In this document: piece by piece, positions 18,013-26,836 of the stretch
Numbering within the stretch: position 1 is the first letter of the stretch
How the letters are laid out: each line of letters opens with the position of its first letter
The notes under the pieces: model-generated
The model's input: only the letters and a program-made list of their open reading frames with translations
Told to the model about the DNA's origin: nothing
Database searches by the model: none
Translations under genes and position numbers: made by a program
Source: Candidatus Bathyarchaeota archaeon
GTDB lineage: Archaea; Thermoproteota; Bathyarchaeia; 40CM-2-53-6
Direction of reading: 5' to 3'
Length of the DNA stretch: 64,000 bases
Assembly (NCBI GenBank): GCA_005888755.1
Contig: VBBQ01000028.1
Coordinates: forward strand, 78,040 to 142,039

Positions 18013-18297
18013 ATGATGGCTGAGAGACAGAAGTACAAGGCAAGATTCTCGAGCAGACTACCGAATGGAGATTTCCTAAGCTTTACGGTTTGGCCGGGAA
18101 AGAGCGACCCGAACGCTGAGGTATTGACTATCCAGATCCGCCGCGAAGGCAGTGCTGGATGGGAGACAGTTCACAGAATCGCCATCTATCGGACCCCTGA
18201 TGGCAAATTCTCACTCTTGCCCGAGCGAACCCCAGCCTCGCAACCTGCGAAGACCGAGCCTATTGGTGGAGACGAGGCGGGCGAGTCTATCGAGTAA
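18013..18297 (+). CDS. Hypothetical protein
   Basis: 94-aa ORF. Confidence 0.3.
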   Translation: MMAERQKYKARFSSRLPNGDFLSFTVWPGKSDPNAEVLTIQIRREGSAGWETVHRIAIYRTPDGKFSLLPERTPASQPAKTEPIGGDEAGESIE

Positions 18298-18364
18298 CTG
18301 ACTGCGAGGAGGCTCCAAGTTATAACTCAGGATCAGATAGGCTGATAGGAAGTCGAGAAGTGGA

Positions 18365-18766
18365 TTGGCTACTAGCGAGATTATTCTGGAAGAGACGCCT
18401 TACCTCAACCTGACTACCAAAGGCCGACGTACCGGCTTGTTCCGATCTGTTGAGCTCTGGTTCGCTTTCGAGGATGGGAAGTTATTCTTCCTAGCTCATG
18501 ACAATTCTAGTTGGTGGAAAAACCTAGGGAAGACGCCCCGGGTGGAGATCGAGGTTGGAGAGATACTTTTCGAGGGAACTGGAAATCTCGTTCAAGAGAG
18601 TCTAGAGCATGTTTTCAATCTCTTCCGGCGGAAGTATGGTGACGATCAAGTGAATCGATGGTATGGTGGTCAGAGGTCCAACCGTAGAGCTGTAGCGGTG
18701 GAGCTGAGGAAGGTCTTGGGCAAGAGGCCGTCCGAGAAGATGCGACCTATCGAACTGGCCGCGTGA
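18365..18766 (+). CDS. PNPOx-like / deazaflavin-dependent nitroreductase-family (DUF385-like) protein
   Basis: 133 aa. TTKGRRTGLFRSVELWFAFEDGKLFFLA resembles the split-barrel F420/FMN-binding nitroreductase family. Confidence 0.45.
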   Translation: MATSEIILEETPYLNLTTKGRRTGLFRSVELWFAFEDGKLFFLAHDNSSWWKNLGKTPRVEIEVGEILFEGTGNLVQESLEHVFNLFRRKYGDDQVNRWYGGQRSNRRAVAVELRKVLGKRPSEKMRPIELAA

Positions 18767-18820
18767 CCCGATAGTCATATAGCGGGAGCGCACGGTTTCC
18801 AGAGAGAAGTTGGACTTACG

Positions 18821-19084
18821 ATGGCTTACGGTTTAGCTGAGGGTTTCAGAAAGACTGCGATACGGTTGGGTGGCAAGAAGAAGAACAGGGCGATTATTGT
18901 CGCAACATTTGGAAACCATTTCACCCTCAACGATGCCCTAGAGAAGTTTCGCAAAGAAGGTTTGCGCTTCGAGACTGAAAAGGGTCATATTGTCAAGATC
19001 TTCTTGGACAAGAATACAGAAGAGAGAGCTGAGCAGGTGCGCAAGATCATTCGTGAAGGCTTCGGCTATGTCGAACCTCTTTGA
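18821..19084 (+). CDS. Hypothetical protein
   Basis: 87-aa ORF. Confidence 0.3.
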   Translation: MAYGLAEGFRKTAIRLGGKKKNRAIIVATFGNHFTLNDALEKFRKEGLRFETEKGHIVKIFLDKNTEERAEQVRKIIREGFGYVEPL

Positions 19085-19154
19085 CCTTCTCGCAGATTAG
19101 GTAGACACTTTCAAACGTCCCCCGATTCCTTGTCAGGATTCCGGTAGTGTCATA

Positions 19155-19625
19155 TTGCCTGTTCGTTCAGGATTCCGCAATGCAGTCGAGCACTCCGCCA
19201 AACCATCAGGCCAGTCAGGCCAGCCATCAGATCTCAGATATGCCCGATTCCTTATCGCGGTTCAGGTTCTCCGCCTAATCGGCTTGTCTCTGATTCCCCT
19301 TCTACAGAATAATACTTTACCAGCCAGCTTCGTTATACCCACTGTCATTGGGGACGCCAGCACCGCTGTTACGGCTCCGATTGTTGCGTATTCTCTTGGG
19401 CGTGGGGGGCCCAAGACATGGGCGGCAAGTCTAGTTTGGAACGGTCTCGGACTGGCAGACTTGTTCTATGCGCAGACTTTGGCATACGTTACGGGCACGA
19501 CCACGTACCTCTTTGGGAGTGATCCTCTGATTCTGTTCGGGGCTTATCTCGCCGCGATCTTCCACATCGTTACATTCATCCTTTTGTTGCGGAAGAAGAC
19601 GATCAACCGTTTGTTCAGACAGTGA
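19155..19625 (+). CDS. Integral membrane protein, hypothetical
   Basis: 156 aa, several hydrophobic helices. Confidence 0.4.
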   Translation: MPVRSGFRNAVEHSAKPSGQSGQPSDLRYARFLIAVQVLRLIGLSLIPLLQNNTLPASFVIPTVIGDASTAVTAPIVAYSLGRGGPKTWAASLVWNGLGLADLFYAQTLAYVTGTTTYLFGSDPLILFGAYLAAIFHIVTFILLLRKKTINRLFRQ

Positions 19626-20222
19626 TTCCCGTACAGACTCTAGTCTGTGTCTCCGTCCCAAGTATACAACCTCAATTAGGCTATTTTCCGCGTTTGCGAG
19701 CCTAGTTTAGGAACGAAATCGCCCATTATCAGCCCTGATATCGAATTTGGGACGCCTTCCCTTGACTGCCCGAGAGATCGTTCGTGACAGGGCGATAAGA
19801 CCCCTAGTTTCGCCCCAGCATCCAACCCTGAACCACGCCCTGAATCGCGGGACTCGCCCGGAAACCCTGCCAGACCAGCAAATCCTCTCGCCGGAAAGGG
19901 GGGTACTGGACAGGGCACCTCGCGACGCACGAGAGGTTCGCCCGGCCTGCCAAGCTAGGGTTTTATCAGAGTCGAACCGATCGACGCTTCGCTCGTGTCA
20001 TGTCTCTTCCCAAGCCCGGCGACAACGTCAAAGTGACCTTGTTGAGCGGCGAAACTATTGAAGGCATCGTAGACTGGATTGATGGTAATGGTGCCTGGGT
20101 CAGAGGCGTACAGAAGAGTAGATGGGTTCCTCTGGAAGCCTTCGAGCCCACACCTCAAGAAGATGACCCAAAAGACAGCGAGTAGCCAGCTTCTGCTTGT
20201 TCCTACCTATGAACCGAAGAGG

Positions 20223-21602
20223 CTACTTTACGAAGACGAGTCCTTTGCCCGAGTCTATCTCGAAAGTCTCTGTATCAAGCTTTGACGCGGACCCGTTGAG
20301 CTTCCTGACCTTTAGCTCTCGCCCGTTCGGGTCAGAATCGTCCTTGTCCAAGTCGATAACGCACGATGCAGTATCTTCCAGCCACTTGACAACATCCTTC
20401 GGCGCCTTCGAAAGATCAACAGTCACAACCAGTGTAACGTTCGAGTCTCTCAACTTGTCCAAAGTCTCCCCAAGTTTCTTGACAAAATCCTTTGAGGCAA
20501 CCTTAGCCACAACCGGATCGATCGAGTCGAAGAGGATCTTCGTCTTCTCACCGATAAACATCGAACTGTTCTTGACAAGCGCTTCCTGTATCGAATCGAA
20601 GTCAAACGCCTTCTCGACATAGTACGGCTCAAAACTGAACGAGTCCGACTGAGCCGAAAACCCATCGACAAGAAGGAATCTATACTGCGACTCGGCCTCC
20701 GACGGATCCGCGCCTATCTTCTTCATCTGCTCCCTAAGCGCACCAGGCGCCTTATCGTAGGTTACGAACACGCATGGGCTTCCCTGCTTCAGAAAACTGC
20801 TCGCAAGACCAGAGCACAAGGTCGTCTTCCCAGACCCCTGAACACCATTCACAACCACCAGTCCCGGAGAGTCTAGATTACCTTGCGTAATCTCGAAAAT
20901 ATGGTCGAAGCTCTGCGAGACCTTTGGTGGACTGGGACGTTTTGGAGCTTCGTTCCGGATAGGCTTCTCCGACTTGTCCGTGGAAGGTGGCGGAAAGAAC
21001 TTCGGCTGAAGGGCGTCCTTTGGAGTCTGCTCCACCGGCTCAGGAGGTCTCACGGACCGAACTGGAGGTGCTGGAGGCGGAGGGGGCGCGGTGGTCGCTG
21101 GCGGTGAGGGAGCTGTAGCAGGATTATCTGGCTCAGCGCCTTTCTTCCCCCCCGGGACTATCACCATCGGCCGGCTCGTAGGTGTCGCTCTCGGCGGGAC
21201 CCATTCCGAAATACCCTCGGTCGTAAACGCTCTCGGCGGATCGCCGCTAATCGAGTTCGCATCAGATGGCATATCTTTGAGAAGAGACTGTAGTAGTCTA
21301 CTCAACGAGCTGTCCTCATCTCCCTGCGGAGGAGCAGACCAGGTTCTTTGCAGTTGATACGAGCTGGGAGCGTTCAATGGTGAAGGGTTTGGAGGAGTAG
21401 GCGAAGTCGCCTGAGCGGGAGGAGGTTGGATTAGAGTAGATGTTGTTGGAGAGTTGGGCGTCGATGCGGCCATGGTTGTCGAGGCCTCTCCGTTTTGTCC
21501 GTCTTCTTTCTCGTCTTTCTTCTTCTTCCCGAACAGGGTGAGTATTCCTATGACGGTAAAAAGGGTCCAGATGGGATCCAAACCGGTAAGTTGGACTAGC
21601 AT
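20223..21602 (-). CDS. Membrane-anchored RecA-superfamily ATPase (KaiC/RadA-like domain) with long Pro-rich linker
   Basis: 459 aa. N-terminal TM helix, a lysine stretch, about 180 aa of Pro/Ser/Thr/Ala-rich low complexity, then VVVNGVQGSGKTTLCSGLASSF (Walker A) and FLLVDGFS (Walker B-like), a KaiC-like domain. Confidence 0.6.
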   Translation of the reverse strand: MLVQLTGLDPIWTLFTVIGILTLFGKKKKDEKEDGQNGEASTTMAASTPNSPTTSTLIQPPPAQATSPTPPNPSPLNAPSSYQLQRTWSAPPQGDEDSSLSRLLQSLLKDMPSDANSISGDPPRAFTTEGISEWVPPRATPTSRPMVIVPGGKKGAEPDNPATAPSPPATTAPPPPPAPPVRSVRPPEPVEQTPKDALQPKFFPPPSTDKSEKPIRNEAPKRPSPPKVSQSFDHIFEITQGNLDSPGLVVVNGVQGSGKTTLCSGLASSFLKQGSPCVFVTYDKAPGALREQMKKIGADPSEAESQYRFLLVDGFSAQSDSFSFEPYYVEKAFDFDSIQEALVKNSSMFIGEKTKILFDSIDPVVAKVASKDFVKKLGETLDKLRDSNVTLVVTVDLSKAPKDVVKWLEDTASCVIDLDKDDSDPNGRELKVRKLNGSASKLDTETFEIDSGKGLVFVK

Positions 21603-21790
21603 TCGTTCAACTCATTTCTGTTGATCATTCAGGTTCATCCAAGGATACTTGTCTCAGCAGTATTTCGAACAGGAGAACACAGCATGAGTTGTTCTTGGAT
21701 AGGAATGATGTTACCCTAGTGAATAGTCAACGGAAACAACACGGGACACTTCACTCGGGAGCCGGACTGCACATACCCGGATTACCGAAA

Positions 21791-22360
21791 TTACCTCTTT
21801 GTCTTCAGAATATCCGACTTCGTAAGAATACCAACAATATTCTCGCCCTTCGCAACGAGGACGCCGTAGTTGCTCTGCAACAACCCTAGGACCAGATCAA
21901 TGGGAGTATCACTATTAACCACCGGCAACGGCGAATCCATAATCTCCCGAACCTTGAGACCAAGCACCGACTCTAGGGACTCGCCCCGCGCCGCCCGATC
22001 CAGAATCGTTTTCTCGGAAACACTTCCCACAGATCTTCCGCCCTCAAAGACCGGGAGCTGCGAATAGCCCCTACGCCTCATCAAGTCTACAGCATCGCGG
22101 ACAAGCTGCGTTCTTGCCACAGACACGACAGGACGACTGATCAGCTCATCCACCCGACGCGCAGGACTCTCAACACCCGCTCGTTCTAAAGCACTGAAAA
22201 GTCTCTGCACCACCGAATAAGATGGATCAACTGAGCCCGCTTCGATCTTCGCGATTATCGACTGACTTACTCCAGCAGATACGGCGAGTCTGGACTGCGT
22301 TAGCCCGAGCTCTTTCCTCTTCTTTGGAATCTCCCCCAAGGATGGAAGCATGCTTCCCAA
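21791..22360 (-). CDS. Transcriptional regulator, HTH-XRE domain fused to a CBS pair
   Basis: 189 aa. LGLTQSRLAVSAGVSQSIIAKIEAG is a Cro/C1-type HTH. Two CBS-like segments follow. Confidence 0.75.
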   Translation of the reverse strand: MGSMLPSLGEIPKKRKELGLTQSRLAVSAGVSQSIIAKIEAGSVDPSYSVVQRLFSALERAGVESPARRVDELISRPVVSVARTQLVRDAVDLMRRRGYSQLPVFEGGRSVGSVSEKTILDRAARGESLESVLGLKVREIMDSPLPVVNSDTPIDLVLGLLQSNYGVLVAKGENIVGILTKSDILKTKR

Positions 22361-22472
22361 GATATCGGACGGTGCTCTTATTCCTATCGGAATACAGAAA
22401 GCCCCTATTCCTAACGGAATATGAGTATAACAGAACTTATATAATTAGAATAACTGGAACGACAACGAAAAC

Positions 22473-23450
22473 ATGTCCCCTGAGATCCAGCTTGCGGGGA
22501 TTCATCCGCGGTCGGAGAAGCTGATTGAGCTTACGCGCTCTTACGAGCGGGCAAAAACCAGCTGGAGCCAAGTAGAGGTCCAACTTGAGCAGGACACAAA
22601 AGAACTCGTCAAACTCCAAAAGAGCCTTGGCATCCGACATATCTCTGACGGAGCCCTAGGATGGCAAGATCAGCTAAGACCCATCTCGCGATCTCTCAAA
22701 GGAATAGAGTCAGGGACACGATACTCAAGATGGTTTGACACCAACACATTCTACCAAAAGCCCATCGTCGTAGGCAAGATTTCGGCCGGCGAGACCGACC
22801 CCAAGAACTTTCTCCAAACAAGACTCTTAGCAGGAGAAAAGAACCGGAAAATCACCCTACCTGGACCATATACATTCTCACAGCTCTCAGAAAACAAGTA
22901 TTACGAAAAGTATCCAGACCTGCTCTTCGACATTGCAGCTGCCGAGCGCGAGATTATCAAGAACCTCAGGAATGAGGGCGTTTTGCTCTTCCAACTATCG
23001 GAACCATGTCTGGTCTATCAACCATACCGAGAGACCTTCAGAGACGAGTCGGAAGTTGAACTCGCCCTCAGAGCAATTCGATCGGTGGTCGAAAACAATC
23101 CCGGAGAATTTGTTATCCAGACCTATTTTGGCGACGCTTCCCCAATATTCTCCAAACTTCTAGACCTACCCGTTCGCGGTATCGGTATCGATTTGTTCGA
23201 AACTGATGTTTCCTCGCTTAGCGATCAGACCTCGAAAACACTCGTATTGGGCGTTGTTGACTCACGAGAGTCCTACGTCGAGGACCCTCGCTGGATTGCT
23301 GACACCGCGAGAAAATTCCGCGAGCAAGTAGACGTTCAAGATCTGGTTTTCGCTTCAAATTCGGACCTCAAATTCGTGCCGCAAGGAATCGCGAACCAAA
23401 AGCTGGAAGCTTTGTCGAAGGCATCTGAACTGTTCAAGGGGAACCGATAG
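22473..23450 (+). CDS. Cobalamin-independent methionine synthase (MetE) N-terminal-domain-like protein
   Basis: 325 aa. UroD/MetE-like TIM-barrel cues (ITLPGPYTF). Immediately precedes the catalytic MetE homolog. Confidence 0.55.
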   Translation: MSPEIQLAGIHPRSEKLIELTRSYERAKTSWSQVEVQLEQDTKELVKLQKSLGIRHISDGALGWQDQLRPISRSLKGIESGTRYSRWFDTNTFYQKPIVVGKISAGETDPKNFLQTRLLAGEKNRKITLPGPYTFSQLSENKYYEKYPDLLFDIAAAEREIIKNLRNEGVLLFQLSEPCLVYQPYRETFRDESEVELALRAIRSVVENNPGEFVIQTYFGDASPIFSKLLDLPVRGIGIDLFETDVSSLSDQTSKTLVLGVVDSRESYVEDPRWIADTARKFREQVDVQDLVFASNSDLKFVPQGIANQKLEALSKASELFKGNR

Positions 23451-24656
23451 ATGTCGAAGCTCTTTCCAGTTCAGGAGATCGGAAGTCTCGCCAAGCCCAA
23501 ATGGAGAACGAAGGGACTGCGACAACCCCTCTCCGCACAGGACCTTTCCGAGGCCGAAGGATGGGCTGAGAAGCTCGGGATTGATGACTTTCATGACCGA
23601 GCCAAAAGCATTCTCAAGACTAGCGACGACAAGACTCGAACAAAGGAAGTTCTGGAACTCTCCACTATGTACGGCCTCCGCCTCTTCGAAACCGCTGGGA
23701 TAGACAACGACGGCGTTGGGGGAGAGCAGCAGCGAGTCGAAATGTACGAGCATGTAATCAAGGCCGTACAGGGAATGCACCTCCTTGGCCACGTCCACTC
23801 CTTTGACTACAAATACTTCAACAAGGGAGTCGCAGAATCAAAGATTTCGCGGAAGCATCCCATCTACGCTCCGGAATTCTCTGATGTCAAGAAATACGCC
23901 CATCGAGCCGTGAAGGTTCCGATTACTGGACCGTACACGCTAGTGGATTGGTCCTTCAGCGGATACTACGTCCAGAAGCAGCGCGCGTCTTCTCCTAAGA
24001 CACGAAAGATCGAGGCAAAGCGAGAATTCCTACAAGATATCGTAGAGCAAGTCGTACGGCCTGAAATCCGAGACCTAGTCAATGCCGGAGCGTCTTGGAT
24101 CCAGATAGATGAGCCAGCGGTGACCGCGCATCCAGAACCTCAGGAGATGGAGCTGTTTGTCGAAGCATGGAACGAAACAGTTAGGGGATTCAGCTGCAAG
24201 TTCAGCGACCACACCTGCTACCCATCCGAGATAGGATACAAAGTTCTCGCAGAGTACGCACCGAAGCTGGACAAGTGCGACCAGCTCGCGTTAGAGTTTG
24301 CCAACCGAGATACTTCCCGTCTCGGAGTCGATGCGAGCTCAAGAGAAGGATACAGCGACCTCAAACACTTCGTCGATGCTGGTTTCAGCGGAGAATTCGG
24401 GCTTGGTGTCGCTCACGTGCACGACTTCACAGGAAACGTGTCCTCCGGCGCCGGAGAGGCCGTGGGTCGAGACCTGATCGAGTCTCCGGAACTAGTGCGG
24501 GACCGGCTCCTCTACGCCACGAAAATCGTCGGGAATCCAGCAAAGATCTGGGCGAACCCGGACTGCGGCCTCAGAACCAGGACATGGGACGTTTCATTTG
24601 CGAAGCTTGCAAACATCACGAAGGGTGCTGAACTAGCCAGGGAGGCGTTCGAATGA
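23451..24656 (+). CDS. metE: Methionine synthase, cobalamin-independent catalytic domain (MetE family)
   Basis: 401 aa. VKVPITGPYTL, SWIQIDEPA and NPDCGLRTR motifs (Zn-binding His/Cys/Glu/Cys set of MetE). Confidence 0.75.
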   Translation: MSKLFPVQEIGSLAKPKWRTKGLRQPLSAQDLSEAEGWAEKLGIDDFHDRAKSILKTSDDKTRTKEVLELSTMYGLRLFETAGIDNDGVGGEQQRVEMYEHVIKAVQGMHLLGHVHSFDYKYFNKGVAESKISRKHPIYAPEFSDVKKYAHRAVKVPITGPYTLVDWSFSGYYVQKQRASSPKTRKIEAKREFLQDIVEQVVRPEIRDLVNAGASWIQIDEPAVTAHPEPQEMELFVEAWNETVRGFSCKFSDHTCYPSEIGYKVLAEYAPKLDKCDQLALEFANRDTSRLGVDASSREGYSDLKHFVDAGFSGEFGLGVAHVHDFTGNVSSGAGEAVGRDLIESPELVRDRLLYATKIVGNPAKIWANPDCGLRTRTWDVSFAKLANITKGAELAREAFE

Positions 24657-25558
24657 GACTGAGTGATCGTGCTAGGCACCATAACCTCGTTACCATTGAG
24701 CTTATTCCGGACAGAGTTGTTCCGAGTGATTTAGCCCTCTTGAAGGGCCGAGTTGACGCTATCACGGTTCCCGCCCTAAGGAATGGCCACGATGACCCTA
24801 GCTATCCAAGGTCTTTCCCGGTGACCCCGCAGCGGAGAAGCCTCGCTTCCGCCACTATCATCAACAGGGCTGGGATAACCGCTGTTCCTTCGCTAACATG
24901 TCGCGATTGCCGCAGGTCAGATCTCTCGATGATCGCGAACCAAGTGGAAGACGGGCTTGGAAACGTTCTGATCGTATATGGAGACCCTTACCCAGAGCCG
25001 CGTCCCGGGACTTACGAGTTCACCAAAACGAACGAGCTAATTCGAGAGATCTCTTCGCTGAGCGGTGGACGCCATCCGTGCATTGGGGCGGTGACCAACC
25101 AGCACGCTAATGACAGGGAAAACGAAATCTCTCGAACAATATCACGTGTCGATGCAGGCGCAGACTTCATCGTTACAAACGTCGCCTTCGACGCAGACAG
25201 GGTACTTGAGCATAGAGACTCTCTGCTCGAAGCAGGGTTAAACGTACCACTCTTCATCCAAGTCTCCATTCCCCTCAGCCTAGACAATGTATTGTTTGTG
25301 AGCCAAAAATTCGACATCCCTGTCCCAGTTCACGTTAAGAACAAACTGTTGAACGATCCTATTGGAGGAAGTCTAGCTGTTGCAACAGAAGCCTACGAGG
25401 CTCTACGCGGAGAGGCGAACGGTATACACTTCTCATATCTATTCAGACAACGAAACCCGATCCCCACCTATCGGCATTTGTTGGAGACAATTGGAGTAGG
25501 AGGCCCGGAGCTGGCTCCGCTAGCCGCCTCCACCGTGAAAACACTCTCCTCCTCGTAG
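24653..25558 (+). CDS. Methylenetetrahydrofolate reductase-like protein (MetF family)
   Basis: 301 aa. SLTCRD, ADFIVTNVAFD and ALRGE segments match MTHFR family signatures. Overlaps the metE stop by 4 bp. Confidence 0.55.
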   Translation: MRLSDRARHHNLVTIELIPDRVVPSDLALLKGRVDAITVPALRNGHDDPSYPRSFPVTPQRRSLASATIINRAGITAVPSLTCRDCRRSDLSMIANQVEDGLGNVLIVYGDPYPEPRPGTYEFTKTNELIREISSLSGGRHPCIGAVTNQHANDRENEISRTISRVDAGADFIVTNVAFDADRVLEHRDSLLEAGLNVPLFIQVSIPLSLDNVLFVSQKFDIPVPVHVKNKLLNDPIGGSLAVATEAYEALRGEANGIHFSYLFRQRNPIPTYRHLLETIGVGGPELAPLAASTVKTLSSS

Positions 25559-25591
25559 CCTCTTTCGAGGTCTAGGGCGAGCTTCGGATAG

Positions 25592-26185
25592 TCAACTAGC
25601 AGTCTTTGTTGGTTCGAGAGATAATGCTGCGTCTTCACCGAGCTGAAGAGCTTTTTTCAATTCTTTCTTCATGAGTGACGGGTCATGGTTGAGGTTGAAG
25701 TAGTCCGCGAAAGTGCTTGTGGTCCTTAGCATTCTGGTTCTCCCGATCCTCTCGTCACTAATCAGATCCATATCCTTCAGCTGTTTTACATGAACATAGG
25801 CCAGTTTTCCTCTGACGCGGACAACATAAGACTGTGTGACAGGCTGCTTGAGGGCTATGAAAGATAAGGTTCGAAGAGGTCCTGGTGTTAGAAGCGGCCT
25901 ATTCGCCAGTTTCCTAACGTGTTTGGCAAATTCTGCCTTTAGTTGCATGACAAAGCGTCCATCAGGAAGTTCTACAACTTGAATCGGGCTTCCAGCCATT
26001 CTGTACCGTTCCGAAACTGCCGAGGCGATTCCACGTATTTTGTCCTCGGATCGCGCGCCTATGACAGACCCGATCATCTTGAGGTCCAGCGGACGTCCGG
26101 AGACGTATAGTGCGGCCTCGCAGAGTTGCTGTTGAAGGTCGGCAGTTTTCGGTCGAGCCGTGTTAGTCGAAACTTGTGCTTCCAT
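25592..26185 (-). CDS. scpB: Segregation and condensation protein B (ScpB)
   Basis: 197 aa. CEAALYVSGRPL wHTH signature. Position is downstream of scpA and smc. Confidence 0.7.
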   Translation of the reverse strand: MEAQVSTNTARPKTADLQQQLCEAALYVSGRPLDLKMIGSVIGARSEDKIRGIASAVSERYRMAGSPIQVVELPDGRFVMQLKAEFAKHVRKLANRPLLTPGPLRTLSFIALKQPVTQSYVVRVRGKLAYVHVKQLKDMDLISDERIGRTRMLRTTSTFADYFNLNHDPSLMKKELKKALQLGEDAALSLEPTKTAS

Positions 26186-26711
26186 CGTTTTTCAGCTCGA
26201 TTTCGATATCACCGAATTCGAAGGGCTGGGCGAGACCAACTCGTCCCTCTACCGCCAAGAATAGTAGCATGATGAACATTCTCACAGCCTCAAGGGGGTC
26301 CCCTTTTCCGAGGAGGGTTAGGAATGAGAGTTTCTTCCGTGTGGGGCCGGCTTCTGCGAATAATCTCTGGAGAAAGGCCTTGATGTTCTCTTCAATCTTG
26401 ACGAAGAAATCGTCAACCTGTTCGAACACTTCAGGCGTTCTGAGGATCAGTTGTGCGCTGGGCGGAAGCATCCTCTCTGCCGTCAGAACCTCAAGCAGTC
26501 CCTTGATGACCTCTTCGACAGACGTGGTCGTCGATTCATATCTCAGGGGAAAGGCTAGCGGTGGTGGGACGAAATCCGTGGGCCTCTCAAGCGGTGGCTT
26601 CGGAGGTTCTTCCATCTTGAGGATGAGTTCTGATTTCATACGAAGAAGGATTGCTGAGGAGAGGAGGGCTGTTCCGGAAACGGAGAAGTCTATGAATCCT
26701 CGACCTCTCAT
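26163..26711 (-). CDS. scpA: Segregation and condensation protein A (ScpA kleisin)
   Basis: 182 aa, kleisin-like. Sits between smc and scpB and overlaps the scpB start by 23 bp. Confidence 0.6.
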   Translation of the reverse strand: MRGRGFIDFSVSGTALLSSAILLRMKSELILKMEEPPKPPLERPTDFVPPPLAFPLRYESTTTSVEEVIKGLLEVLTAERMLPPSAQLILRTPEVFEQVDDFFVKIEENIKAFLQRLFAEAGPTRKKLSFLTLLGKGDPLEAVRMFIMLLFLAVEGRVGLAQPFEFGDIEIELKNDGSTSFD

Positions 26712-26836
26712 CTCGTGGAGCAGCTCATCCAGCAGATTCGCGAGGTTTACGTCCCAGGGTTTGACGCGGTGAAGATGAATTAGGTCGAAGAGGACGGCAT
26801 AAGGTGCTTTGAGCCAGTAGGCTTCCTCGTGAGCTG

